64,000 bases of DNA from Leidyana gryllorum EB-2025a (taxonomy: Eukaryota > Protista > Apicomplexa). Under the pieces are notes generated by a model, which saw only the letters and a list, made by a program, of their open reading frames with translations, was not told the DNA's origin and did not search any database. This document shows positions 46,297 to 56,860 of this stretch, one piece after another. A program made the position numbers and the translations under genes. The stretch is from positions 62,001-126,000 of the forward strand of contig JBLWGC010000109.1 in NCBI GenBank assembly GCA_048772705.1, in the 5' to 3' direction. Every line of letters starts with the position of its first letter. The first letter of the stretch is position 1.

Positions 46297-47905
46297 CTAC
46301 ACGAGCCAAGACTTGCCTGGGAGCGGGTCGTGCACATCAGCAGGAGTAGGGAGAACAGCAGTTTTGGTGAGAGGGGGACAATTCGATGTTGTCGTTAACG
46401 CAACACAGGAGGTAGGATGGGGAGGCGGACGACTTCGCGGCATAGACTTGTGAGCACTCTGAGTTACCAGCTTCTCGGTTATTCCTGTCGTAGGGGGTTG
46501 TGCGTCATGCTGTAACTGGGGAGGCTGGATGCGACTTCGCAAATTATCAACTTGACCGGGCTCAGCACTGGCGAGTCGCCCATTCTTGAGCGAAGTATGA
46601 CTGTGACCATTATTAGTATTAGTGTTGAGCTCCTGGAGTAACGGCTTCATGCCCGTCGCCGGCGTGGAATGTCGAGTAACTTGCCGGTTCACGGCTCTTC
46701 GCGCTAAATCCGACCCGAACCCTCGCGTCGGTCTGCCTTGACTTAGTTCGGAAGAGTGCGGGAGACGCGCAGAATCCGGGGCCGTTGGACCCCCACCCGT
46801 CATTGTCCGAGTCGCACCATAAGCGGTCAACGGGGGCCCGTCGTAACACCTCCTTCCAGCAGGTAACTGGGACGGGTCTCGTTTGGCCTCGGTGCGGTCC
46901 TCTCCCACGGCGCCACTCCGACCTTGCCTCAGCGCTCGTGCCACATACCGGGAGCCCGACGAAGCGTACCCATGCAGATCCGTCGTTGTGGTCGCTGTAC
47001 TGCCTTCGTTCCGCTTCAACCTCGGAGGCAGAGTGCTGCCTGCCTCGCTGCCCCCACCTCGGGTGTGAGAAGGACTCCGTGACGACTCTTTCGGCGATAA
47101 ATACTCTCCCGGGGGACTCGGCAACCCTCGTCCTTTCACCAGCACCGGCACGTCCGCTATCCGTGAATGGGTCTCGAAGACTTTCTTGGTACACTGCTCC
47201 AACCATCTGTTGAAGAACACTCGTGGATTCAAAATCCACTGTCCGCCCGCTACTCACTTGTTCTCCTTCTCCAACCGGGCCACTTCCTTCTGCAGCCCTC
47301 TGTCGATTGAGTATGATACACCCGAAACTCGCTCGTCACTCAGTCAGTCAGCCGGTAGGCAGGCTCGCTCTCAGCCGACTGTTGATCGAGCTCGCTCACC
47401 TGTGTGAGTCAATGACGGAATCCAGCTTCTGCTCAGTCAACTTCAACTGCAACCCACACATTCAGACCACCGAGACCACACCCTCACCTTCTCATAGGTC
47501 CGATGCAATTCCTTCTCTGTTATCATGATGTACCTGTCGCGGTTGTGTATTTGTTCCCGGCACCACTGCTTCTCCGCCTAATACCATCAGGAGGTGATGG
47601 AGAGCAATGGCTGGCCATACCTTGAGACTTTCGAGCATAGCAACCAAATTCTTGGGTGGACAAGCGCGGTGCTCATCCGACAACCGAAGCAAAGCAGCAC
47701 CAAACTCTTCACACTCCCCCCGAAGCTTCTCAAGATCTCGTTCTTGGCGTCCGCACCGTTCTGTCAGCACCTATATGCCCAGGCAATATGAAAGGGAGTC
47801 TAATATGTGGCTTACTTTGCATTGGGGACAGTAGTTAGAGATCTTTCGATAAGTGTTAGGGGCACTGTAAAGTACCGGAACATCAGTGGGATCTTGTCGG
47901 CTCAT
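46297..47905 (-). CDS. Hypothetical multi-exon coiled-coil/disordered protein; 3' part uncertain
   Basis: MSRQDP...CPQCK|VLTERC...ESLK|AEKQW...|LKLTEQK...|GLQKEVARLEKEN, spliced through short GT-AG introns into the 46.3-47.2 kb ORFs. Confidence 0.45.
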
Positions 47906-48039
47906 TGTGCAAAATCGCACGTTCTATCGTAAATCAGAAACTATGACTCATTCCTCAGGTGAGAATGGGCTGGTTTTGTTCTCTAATAAGAGTTCGCAAA
48001 AGGACAGTCAAAGCGAGTTGTTCACATCATACAAGTTAA

Positions 48040-51000
48040 TCAAAAGAAGGCGTCACTATATAAATTGCATTCTGGTCCTGTACAAGCGGATCCGGCGGAA
48101 GCGCCACTCAAGAAACTCGGCTGCAAAGGACTCAGACTGACGTTCACCGTCCATTGTGCCTCGCGATAATCCTTTATCAGACCCTCCCTGTTGCAATGGA
48201 GCATAAATAATGAGAAAACAGGCGGAGGACTCACGGCATGTCGAATGTGTGTTGACCATCTTGACTGGATACCACTGCTTGCAGTGGCGCTGATTCGAGA
48301 TAGCTCTTCATCCGGATGGCGGTCAACTTGGCTCCAGCAGACGCATAAAGCAGATCCAAGACAGCTGCAGACAGGGGATCGGATCCCATGATATTGCTGG
48401 AAGCCTGAGCTGCTGCCATCGGAAGACAACGCTGGATCACAGATCCCTCTTGTCCCGGTGCATAAGACGATGAAGCTTCCAATACGATTCGTGGCATGAA
48501 GGTGAACTGCGGAACCTTCAACGGCAAATCTCTCTTGGCATTGAACAACGCGATAGCAGTTGCTTCGTAATCCTGATCTTCGCTGTCCTCATCAGCGGCC
48601 ACGTCACCTGGCCCGGAGTAGTTGCTGTCAAAGTGCTTGACCTGGTCCAGAATACGCGAATAAGCAATGCGGGCTCGTTGAGGAATCCAGTTCCAGTCAT
48701 CCTCAGTGAACTCCCAAACTAGCCCCGTAGATTCCGCCGAAGCGATAACAGCATATCCTGAGACAGATGCCTCAGCGTCTCCATAGGCACTCGGGTTTGC
48801 GGCTGTGTGTGTTTGCGGCTTGGGCAGCTCGAACGCGAACAGCGGACTGCCAGTGAAGTTGGCTTTGATGTAAGCCACGGGTTTCAGCAATAGATCGTCT
48901 GTGGTCGCTTCGTCTGGAGACGTGACGGGTGTCCACTGCCCTTGCGAGGCAACACCGCGCACAACGATATGGGCTTTGGGAAGAGCAATATTCTTATTGC
49001 GCGGTACTTTCTGAGCGTTAATCACGACGCGTGCGCCCACTGCATCCTCTACAGAAGTGACACGGTTGATGGCTTCTTGGAGGACGCACATGGGCACCCA
49101 GGTGCAGCCACAGTTATGGCGGCGCTGAACTACCTGGCTCTTGTTCCAGTTGGGGGTATAGTAGCGGAATAAGTTCTCCGCATCCGTGTACACGAGGTCA
49201 ATTGCATTCAGTACTTTGTGGTCCTTCTTGGAGATCAACTCCAGCTGAGCTGTCTGGACTACGAATGAGGGCCAATCATCTTCACTTTCGGATACATCAT
49301 TTACTTCCCAGCATGCCATGAGTGGGGGGACCATTGCGGTACGAACAGTGAAGTCCCATTCGACACCCAAGTCCTCACTCGTGGCAGTGTACATGTCATT
49401 GTCACTGTTTTGGGCGAATTCCACTTCAACATCTACGTCCACGTCCACGCTCTTTGGAGTTGAAGAAGTTTCATCAGAAGAATTTGCAAAAGCCGTAGCC
49501 TCACCGCCGCTCGTCAAGACCTGTTGGCCGTAGAAATCACGCATAGCCATCGCTGACTGCCTCGCGGACGCGTCCAAATTTGCAGCTTGTAGCATTCGGC
49601 GTTGGACGCTCGCTTCGCTTACGCTCCCGATCTGCTGCTTGAGCAAAGCCGACAAGACTTCGGTCAACTGTGCAGCCTGCTGATTCAAAGCAGTGGTATT
49701 AGTAACAGAATTCAGACCCGGTAACTGAGCACCCAGAGAGTTCAGCAAGTCAGTCGCAGAAGACTCGGCACTCTGGACCATCTTGCCGGGGGAGTAGGTG
49801 GGAAGTGTCATGAAGCCAGCGATCAGCGAGCTGATCTCCGGATCGGCCAACAGAGCCGTGATGTCCGGATTGGTGAGTAGCTGGGAGACATCCATCTCTG
49901 CTCCCTGTGTCAAGAAGGCACTCGCCAGTTCAGTCAGATTGACATTGGAGGCACCAAGAGTCTTGAGGACATTGTTCAGGTCCACTGACTCGAGTGTTTC
50001 CATGACGGCGTTCAAGTCGACATTAGTTGCTACCAAATCGTCCATCAGCTTATTGAAGTCGATTTGCGAGCTGCTGACAGTGCGAGCGATTTCATTCAAG
50101 TCAAAAGGCGAGTTCGCCAGCTCGCTCGCCAGTTTCGTCAAATTCAAGTTTGATCCTCCGAGCGCCGTGGCGATCGCGTTCACATCAACTTCGGTCAAAT
50201 CTTTCTTCTCTTCAGCGAACTCACTCCCCGACGTGATTGTAGTTGAGCCTGCGACCGACTGAAGGTCTGCATCGCTCTTGGATGCAGTGTTCGATAGGCC
50301 AAGGCTGTTCAACAATGAGTTCAGATCCGAAGCCGCGCCGCCAGAAGGGGTACTCGTACCCGAAGTGGCCGTCGCCGGGGTGCCCAGTCCAAGAGAATTG
50401 AGATAGTTGTTGATTGTGTCCAGACCAGCGTTGTTTGACGTACTGGCAGACTGACCGGTCAAGCTGCCCAAGCTGTTGAGTCCATCAAGTCCTTGCTGGA
50501 AGTTGGGCAAATTCGACAGCCCGTTCAAAAGTGAACTGAGGGTGGTCGTCGTCGAACTGCTCGAAGGACTCGCAGTTGTGGTCGTAGTGGAGCTCGCAGA
50601 CAGACCCGAGAGGGCATTCTCCAATGAATTGGTCGCAGTACTCGCAGTCAGAGCGTCCAACGCGGAGTTCAGAGAGCTCAGATCGAGTCCGTTGCCGAGG
50701 TTTGATAAGGAACCCAGGTTTTCGAGACTACTCAGATTGTTGAGACCGCTCGTAAGCGACTCCAATTGCTGAGAGAGATTGTTGATGCCCAAATCCTGGG
50801 CAGTGCCACTGACGTTGTCCGTATCGGAGTCCACACTCTGCAACGCATCCTTGCCCGCGTCACTGTCCGTGGTAGTTGCCGTCGCATTGTTGGTGGTGGG
50901 AACAAGCTGTTGAGCCAAGCTGTTGAAGTCGAAACTCTGAGCCAATTGATGTGCCAAGTTGCTCAGGTCCATGCCTCCCAGCATATCGGAGAGGTTGCCC

Positions 51001-54000
51001 AAGTCCATACCGTCGGTCAACTTGGAGATGTCAAAGTTATTGGCCAAGTCGCTCAGACTGCTCATATCGAAGCCTTGAAGTTGTTCGCCGAGCTTATCGG
51101 CGTCCAGAACGTCCGCGAGGTTTCCCAAACTGCTCGCGCTGGCACCCAGATTCGACAACTGTTGGGAGAGATTGCTCGTGTTGCCCAACTGCTGAGCCAA
51201 ATTGGTCAGATTGGTGGTGCTCCCCAGACCAGCGAGCTGTTCAGTCAACGAGTTGGCATTGAGGTTACTCAGTTGAGAGGCCAAGTTGCTCAAATTGCTG
51301 TTCCCGGCCAAGCTGGATAAGCTGTCCGTGAGGGAAGAGGGGGCGAGATTTCCGAGTTGGGACGCCAGATCAGTCAGATTGGTGTTACTGGCCAGACCAG
51401 ACAGTTGCTGCGAGAGTGAACTGAGGTTGACGTTACTCAACTGTGACGCCAGATTGCTCAGGTCAGTATTGCTGGCCAAGCCAGAGAGTTGCTGGGCCAG
51501 CGATGACAAGTCGAGGTTGTTCAGCTGTGAGGCCAAGTTGCTGAGGTCCGTGGTTGTCCCCGAAGTAGCAGAGTTAGCCATTCCACTCAGGGTGGAGAGG
51601 TCGTCGTTTGTGAGGGCAGAGCTGATGGGCTCAATCCCACTCAAAGTCCCCAAATTGTTGGATAAATCTTCGGGAATGGGTACTGCAACTCCGGCCTCTT
51701 CGCTACTTTCGGCGGCCTCCAACCGGCGGAAACCCAAACCTTGCAGCGCTCCTGTGATGCCAGCCACATTAAGAGCTCCGGTTTGGGGGCCCATCAGATT
51801 CCCCAAGCCAGACGACAGCGAGTTGGCAATGTTTCCCAGTCCGCCACTGCCCAGGTTCAAGCCGGCTGCGGGTTGAGCACCTCCCAAGTTCCCAAAACCG
51901 TTAAGTAGAGGGCTGGTCAGCGTATTGATCCCTCCCATCAGAGGACTTGCAAGCGACGAGATCAGAGGAGATCCCACTTGTTGGAGATCATAGTTTGGCT
52001 CTTGGTAGATAGCCTCTTGAGAATTCTCGTAGGCAGACGGGGGCACGTCAGAGTAGCTGGCCGCTTGAGGCCAGTAGGAGCTGATGGCTTCACTGAGCTC
52101 CTGCAACCGACGCAGGAGTTTTGAAGCGGGGGTCTCGGTGTGATCTTTCTCGTCGGTGTCAGACCGATCTGTGTCGCTGGTGGCCTCAACGTCAGCATCA
52201 GACCCATCTTCGCCATCGTGTTTCTTGTTGGATTGAGCGAAGCCGGTCACGTTGGCTTTGTACTCCTGCCAGAAAGTCTCGAGTCGGTCAGGGAGCTCTC
52301 CATTCTTCAACTCGTCGACAACCTCAGAGAGAGCTTCAGCCAAACTGTTAGCGGCACTTTGCATATCCTCTTTCCAGCTGGGGTGGTTTTCGGTGATTGT
52401 TCCGACCAGTTTGTTGTAGGAGCTCTCGAGCCAGTTACTGAGACGTCGTCTCTTGGCTCCTTCCTTCTGTTCTTCCTGTAGTTTGGCCATTGCCATCAGC
52501 ACCTTCTTGGCAGAGTCGCTGAGTTGGATTTCTTTGGCGGAGAGATGACGTCGACCGTAGTCAAAGTCCATCGGTCCCATCGAACCCATCATCGGACTGC
52601 CGCCCATCATGTTGCCGTAGCTGCTGTATCCTTGGCGATGTCCCCCATAGCCTCCATATTGACGGTTCTCCCATCTTTCGGAGTTACGGTCCATTCGAGA
52701 GTCGTCGAATTCATCAGAGTCAGACGAGAAGGCACCGAACATTTGCGTTTCCTTGTTGTCCTTGGCCGCATTGGCTGCCAACTTGGCCAGCTCAGGGAAC
52801 TGACTGTTAGACGCGACCAAGTCAGAGTCATCTGCGTCATTGACGTGATGTCTGAGGTGCATATGTCCTTCACGACCACTAATGGCTGGTGCCCCCAGCA
52901 CTTCTGGCTCATCAGCGTACATCGGGCGCTTCTCCCCAGCCAGACGCATTGCGTTGGGCGATAGCGGATCCTTCGCAGGTCCACCAGTGAGGGGACCCAT
53001 CTTGTTCTGAGGGGGAGAGACGTTCCCGCCCACCCCAAGCAGAGAGCCGGAGAAGCCCATCAACTCAGCCTCTTCTGCCGACATTGGAAACTTTCCACCT
53101 CGACCGCCCATTCCGGGGTGGTCGTGCTTATTGCCACCGGGCATCATGGGAGGCGCCCCCATTGGACTGCCCATACCACCCAAACCTCCCAGGCCTCCCA
53201 GACCTCCTAGGATCCCACCGACTCCCTGATTCGAGGTAACCATAGTGTTCGGCGGACCTCTGTTCTGAGGCTGCTTGTTGCCTCCCACCAACACTTCGTA
53301 ATCGGGCTCCAACCCCGTCATCGTCTTGGCCGAGTCCCCCGACTGAGAGTTGTACCTCGGCTGGTTGGAACTGCCCTGCCCCGACATTTGAGGTGGTGGC
53401 GGAGGGGAGTTCGGAAAATTCTGCATCCCATCTCGGGAAGGAGGCGGTGGAGGAGGTGCTCCTCCCCTCATATCACGAGGGGGAGGAGGGATCTTCATGT
53501 CCGAGCGCACGTTCAGCAAGTCAGAGTTCGGTGGGAACTCGTTGCCGCCAAGAGCAAAGGTGCCCATAGGTCCATTGAGTTGGAGATTTACTTCCTCGGG
53601 GTAGACAGGATTCACACGGACACCGAAAGCTTCGATCTCGTGATGGAAGTGACGATCACCCGGAGGATGACCCCCCATTCGATGACGATCAAACATATCT
53701 CCACCGCGATGAGGCATTGGGGGCATTGGGGGTCGGCGATCGAATCCGCCGCCCATCATCGGTCGGTCATATCCTCCCCCCATCATGGGACGATCGAAAC
53801 CGCCCATCATGGGCATCCGGTCCATTGGCATCGGGCCCGGACGATAACCAAAGTTATCTCCTCGATCATAACGATCCCAAGAGTCCAGACGTCTTCTGCC
53901 GTCCTTTTGGGCTTCGAAGGCTGTCTTGAGCGCAGCGTCAAAGTCAGCCAGAGCTTGTTTGACAGATTTTGCTTCGGAGAGACGTCTACCCAAGCCTTTG

Positions 54001-55280
54001 TTGATGGCATAGGTAACCAAATCGGTGGGAACGACTGCCGATATTCCCATCTGTGCCAGGGCAGTTTGGACCGCCTGAGTCAGCTCGCCGGTGGTAGTGT
54101 CCAAACAAGGCGTCATGCCATTGAGGCAACTCGCGAGGTCAGGGTAGTTGTATGCTTCAGTGGCCATACCAGAGAGCTTGACAGCTGATTGTCCAGCCGC
54201 GTTAAGATAACCATTCGTAACAAATGCATTCACAAGTCCGGAGATTACGGCATTGTTGCCGTCTTGAGTGAGAGTAGAGAGAGAAGATGCCAGAGAATTA
54301 GTACTGCTGGACCCGAGGAGCGGATTCGAGCCAAGAAGCGGACTGGACCCAAGTGATTGAAAATCATTAACAACGTTTGATAAATCAGATAGCGATGAAA
54401 GAGAGTTTGACAGAGTGTCAGTAAGAGAAGAAGAAGTACCGGTACCCGACAGCAGCTGACTTAGAGTAGATGTCAAGTCGTTGTTGTTGAGAAGATCTGA
54501 CACACTGGTCGATCCAGTCGTGGTACCCAAAGCGTTCGACAGCGTGTTCAGGGTGTTGAGTGCGTTCGTCAAGTCAGAGATCGATGTTCCGCTGCTGCTG
54601 GCACCGGTAAGCGTATTCGCCAGATTCGACAACTGACTCAGGGAATTGAGACTGTTGGTAAGGGACGAGAGGTCAGTTAGCCCGTTGGTGAGCGAGCTGA
54701 GATCAGACAGTCCAGAGGTCAGCGAGGACAAGTCATTCAAACCACTGGTGAGTGACGAGAGGTCAGACAAACCACTGGTCAGAGATGACAAGTCGTTCAA
54801 ACCACTAGATAGAGGGTTCACGCTATTCAGCAGATTGCTGAGATCTAACGGGTTCGAGCTCGCGGTAGTAGTTGCAGTTTCACTCTCTTCGGACATCGTG
54901 GCCTTTGCGGACGCGTCTGTCGCCACAGTTCCCGAAGTAGTTGCCGAGTTAGAGTTGGTCGCTGTCGCTCCTGTCAGTGTGTTGAGCCCTTGGGTTAACG
55001 AGCCTAAGCCAGAACTCAAGTTGTTGAGGGCCGACAGTGCACTCGTGAGGTCAGACAAGTTGGCGCCATTCTTCAGTAGATCACTCAATGGGTTAGCAGC
55101 AGCTCCACTTAGGAGATTGGTAAGCGAAGAAAGGTCCAACGGATTGTTGCTGACAGCAGCTGGCGCCACTGTTGTTGTTGCCGTAGCGGCGGCTCCCAAA
55201 AGAGAATCAAGACTCAAAGCATCATCTGCTTGTGCTATACCACAAGCGAGCACAGCACACAAGAAGACAGGTTTGACCAT
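48040..55280 (-). CDS. Giant secreted modular low-complexity protein (~2400 aa) with seven RRL-type motifs and a folded C-terminal domain; 2 exons
   Basis: Signal peptide MVKPVFLCAVLACGIAQA; S/L/N/T amphipathic repeats; an M/G/P-rich module. An intron after ...FDMP gives a last exon ending ...YSDAFF*. Confidence 0.88.
54640..54815 (-). repeat. 30-nt (10-aa) tandem repeat SGL(N/S)DLSSLT
   Basis: At least five consecutive units. Confidence 0.9.
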
Positions 55281-56332
55281 GACTGTTGACACTTCGCGAA
55301 GAGGTCCCAGCAGTCACAATCTGCAAGCGACTTAGAAAATATGACTTGAAAAGAAGAGGTTATACACTTCTTCGAAATCTTCTCTGCCATGAAGGAGACA
55401 GGAGCACACACAAACTCCACTCAGCCTGGCGGAACCGATGAGGTAGAACTGCATTTTTCAGGCTATTTCAGTGATCAACGGGAGGTGTCTGTGAGTGTCG
55501 ACTTGTGACTTTGCGGTGGGCGGCTCCCACTTCTTGCTGCTTAAGAATGGTGGTGGGCTTTCTTTCCTCCACGCCGTTCCCCTGCTGAAGCTACCAACTG
55601 AAAATGTGTGTATATCGCTGACTCACGGGACCACGACAGGGCCGTTCCATACCAGCTCTGTCTGTAGCCGCAGCTCCCTTTTACCAACGATTTTACGCCC
55701 GGCCTGCGTGACCCGCTGACACGGAGGCAGTTTTTAATGTCCCGATAGACCAGTGAGCCAAAGGAGAATGTGTTACTGTCACTGTCACTAGAGCAGATCT
55801 CTACACGACTAGCCCACCATTGCCCAGCTGAAGATCCCCGTGCGACTCCCAATCAAGAGTACTAAGCGTTGATGCTGAAAGTCCGAAACGCCACGCAAAA
55901 GACAAACTGACCGAAAGACAGATTCAAGGAAGTACTTCTTTTGGACCGTTATTGGACGGGTCCGGGCAGCCCCTGGAGGGGGCGTTGTATGTCGCAATTG
56001 GTGTCTCCAGCTCCTACAAAGACTTGCATCTTGAGCCTACTTGCTTGAGCACGCGCTCTACTTTGAAATATGGCAAAGACGGAGAAGGGCGGAGACAGGA
56101 GGAGACAGTGTCTTCTGCTCCAGGGAAGCATTTGATTTTGGACAAATAACACTATATACACCGACCACCTCCTCCCTCAGAAGGGTGATTCACTGAATTG
56201 TAATATGGATTAGAACGGATGAAATCTCAACACTGGTTGGGCGCTGGAAAGTCGATTGATAGTACATCAGATGGTTTGTGGTGCTACGATTGAACTCCCG
56301 ATAACGGGTTGTACTGCTGTTTTTTGCGTTTG

Positions 56333-56433
56333 TCAGATCGTATTGGCGTCGCTCTCAACAGGCAGTGGGAGGATTCAGGGGGGTTCACCCTGAACAACAC
56401 CCGCGGCATCAGCTGGCTTTAACGATTCATCAT
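56333..56433 (-). ncRNA. Box C/D snoRNA-like RNA, copy 1
   Basis: ATGATGA (56433-56427) ... CTGA (56336-56333); terminal GCGTT/AACGC stem; internal CTGA and TGAGA (D'/C'-like). Confidence 0.72.
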
Positions 56434-56485
56434 TTGAACGCTTACGTTTCATTACTGCGTGAAAGACGAGTATCATTTACAGTAG

Positions 56486-56586
56486 TCAGATTGTATTGGC
56501 GTCAATCTCAGCATTTTATGCGTGGATTCAGGGGGGTTCACCCTGAACAACACGCACAAACTTGGCAGTCTCGGACGATTCATCAT
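56486..56586 (-). ncRNA. Box C/D snoRNA-like RNA, copy 2
   Basis: Same 101-nt C-to-D length and the same conserved blocks as copy 1. Confidence 0.72.
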
Positions 56587-56650
56587 CTCATAGAAGAACA
56601 TAAGCACTGTCCACATTGCATTATTACGAATACATATTGTCTGTTCTGTA

Positions 56651-56728
56651 TCAGATAGGAGTTTTCTAGGCTCCGCATTTCTCAACATGGCCGTGGGGCC
56701 TGTCTGAGCCCAATGCTATCCATCATCA
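56651..56728 (-). ncRNA. Third, unrelated box C/D-like RNA
   Basis: TGATGA ... CTGA with a GATAG/CTATC inner stem, CAGA (D') and TTGAGA (C'). Confidence 0.5.
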
Positions 56729-56860
56729 GAACTTTGGATTGAGACACGTGAAAAGGTAATTGAGGAATGTAATGAACGGTTGAGTTGACTGAAAATTATT
56801 TGTGGGGGATTGGAGGAATTGACAAAACGGCCCAAAATGTCTTCCACAGATGAATCGGTC

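Noticed and set aside
49798-55335. Several long + strand ORFs opposite the giant secreted protein
   Set aside because: Antisense shadows caused by repetitive, stop-poor codon usage.
56333-56586. CRISPR-like repeat (palindromic 30-mer twice) or the 97-aa ORF 56365-56658
   Set aside because: Only two copies, flanking blocks are also conserved, the context is eukaryotic with no cas genes, and box C/D motifs explain it better.
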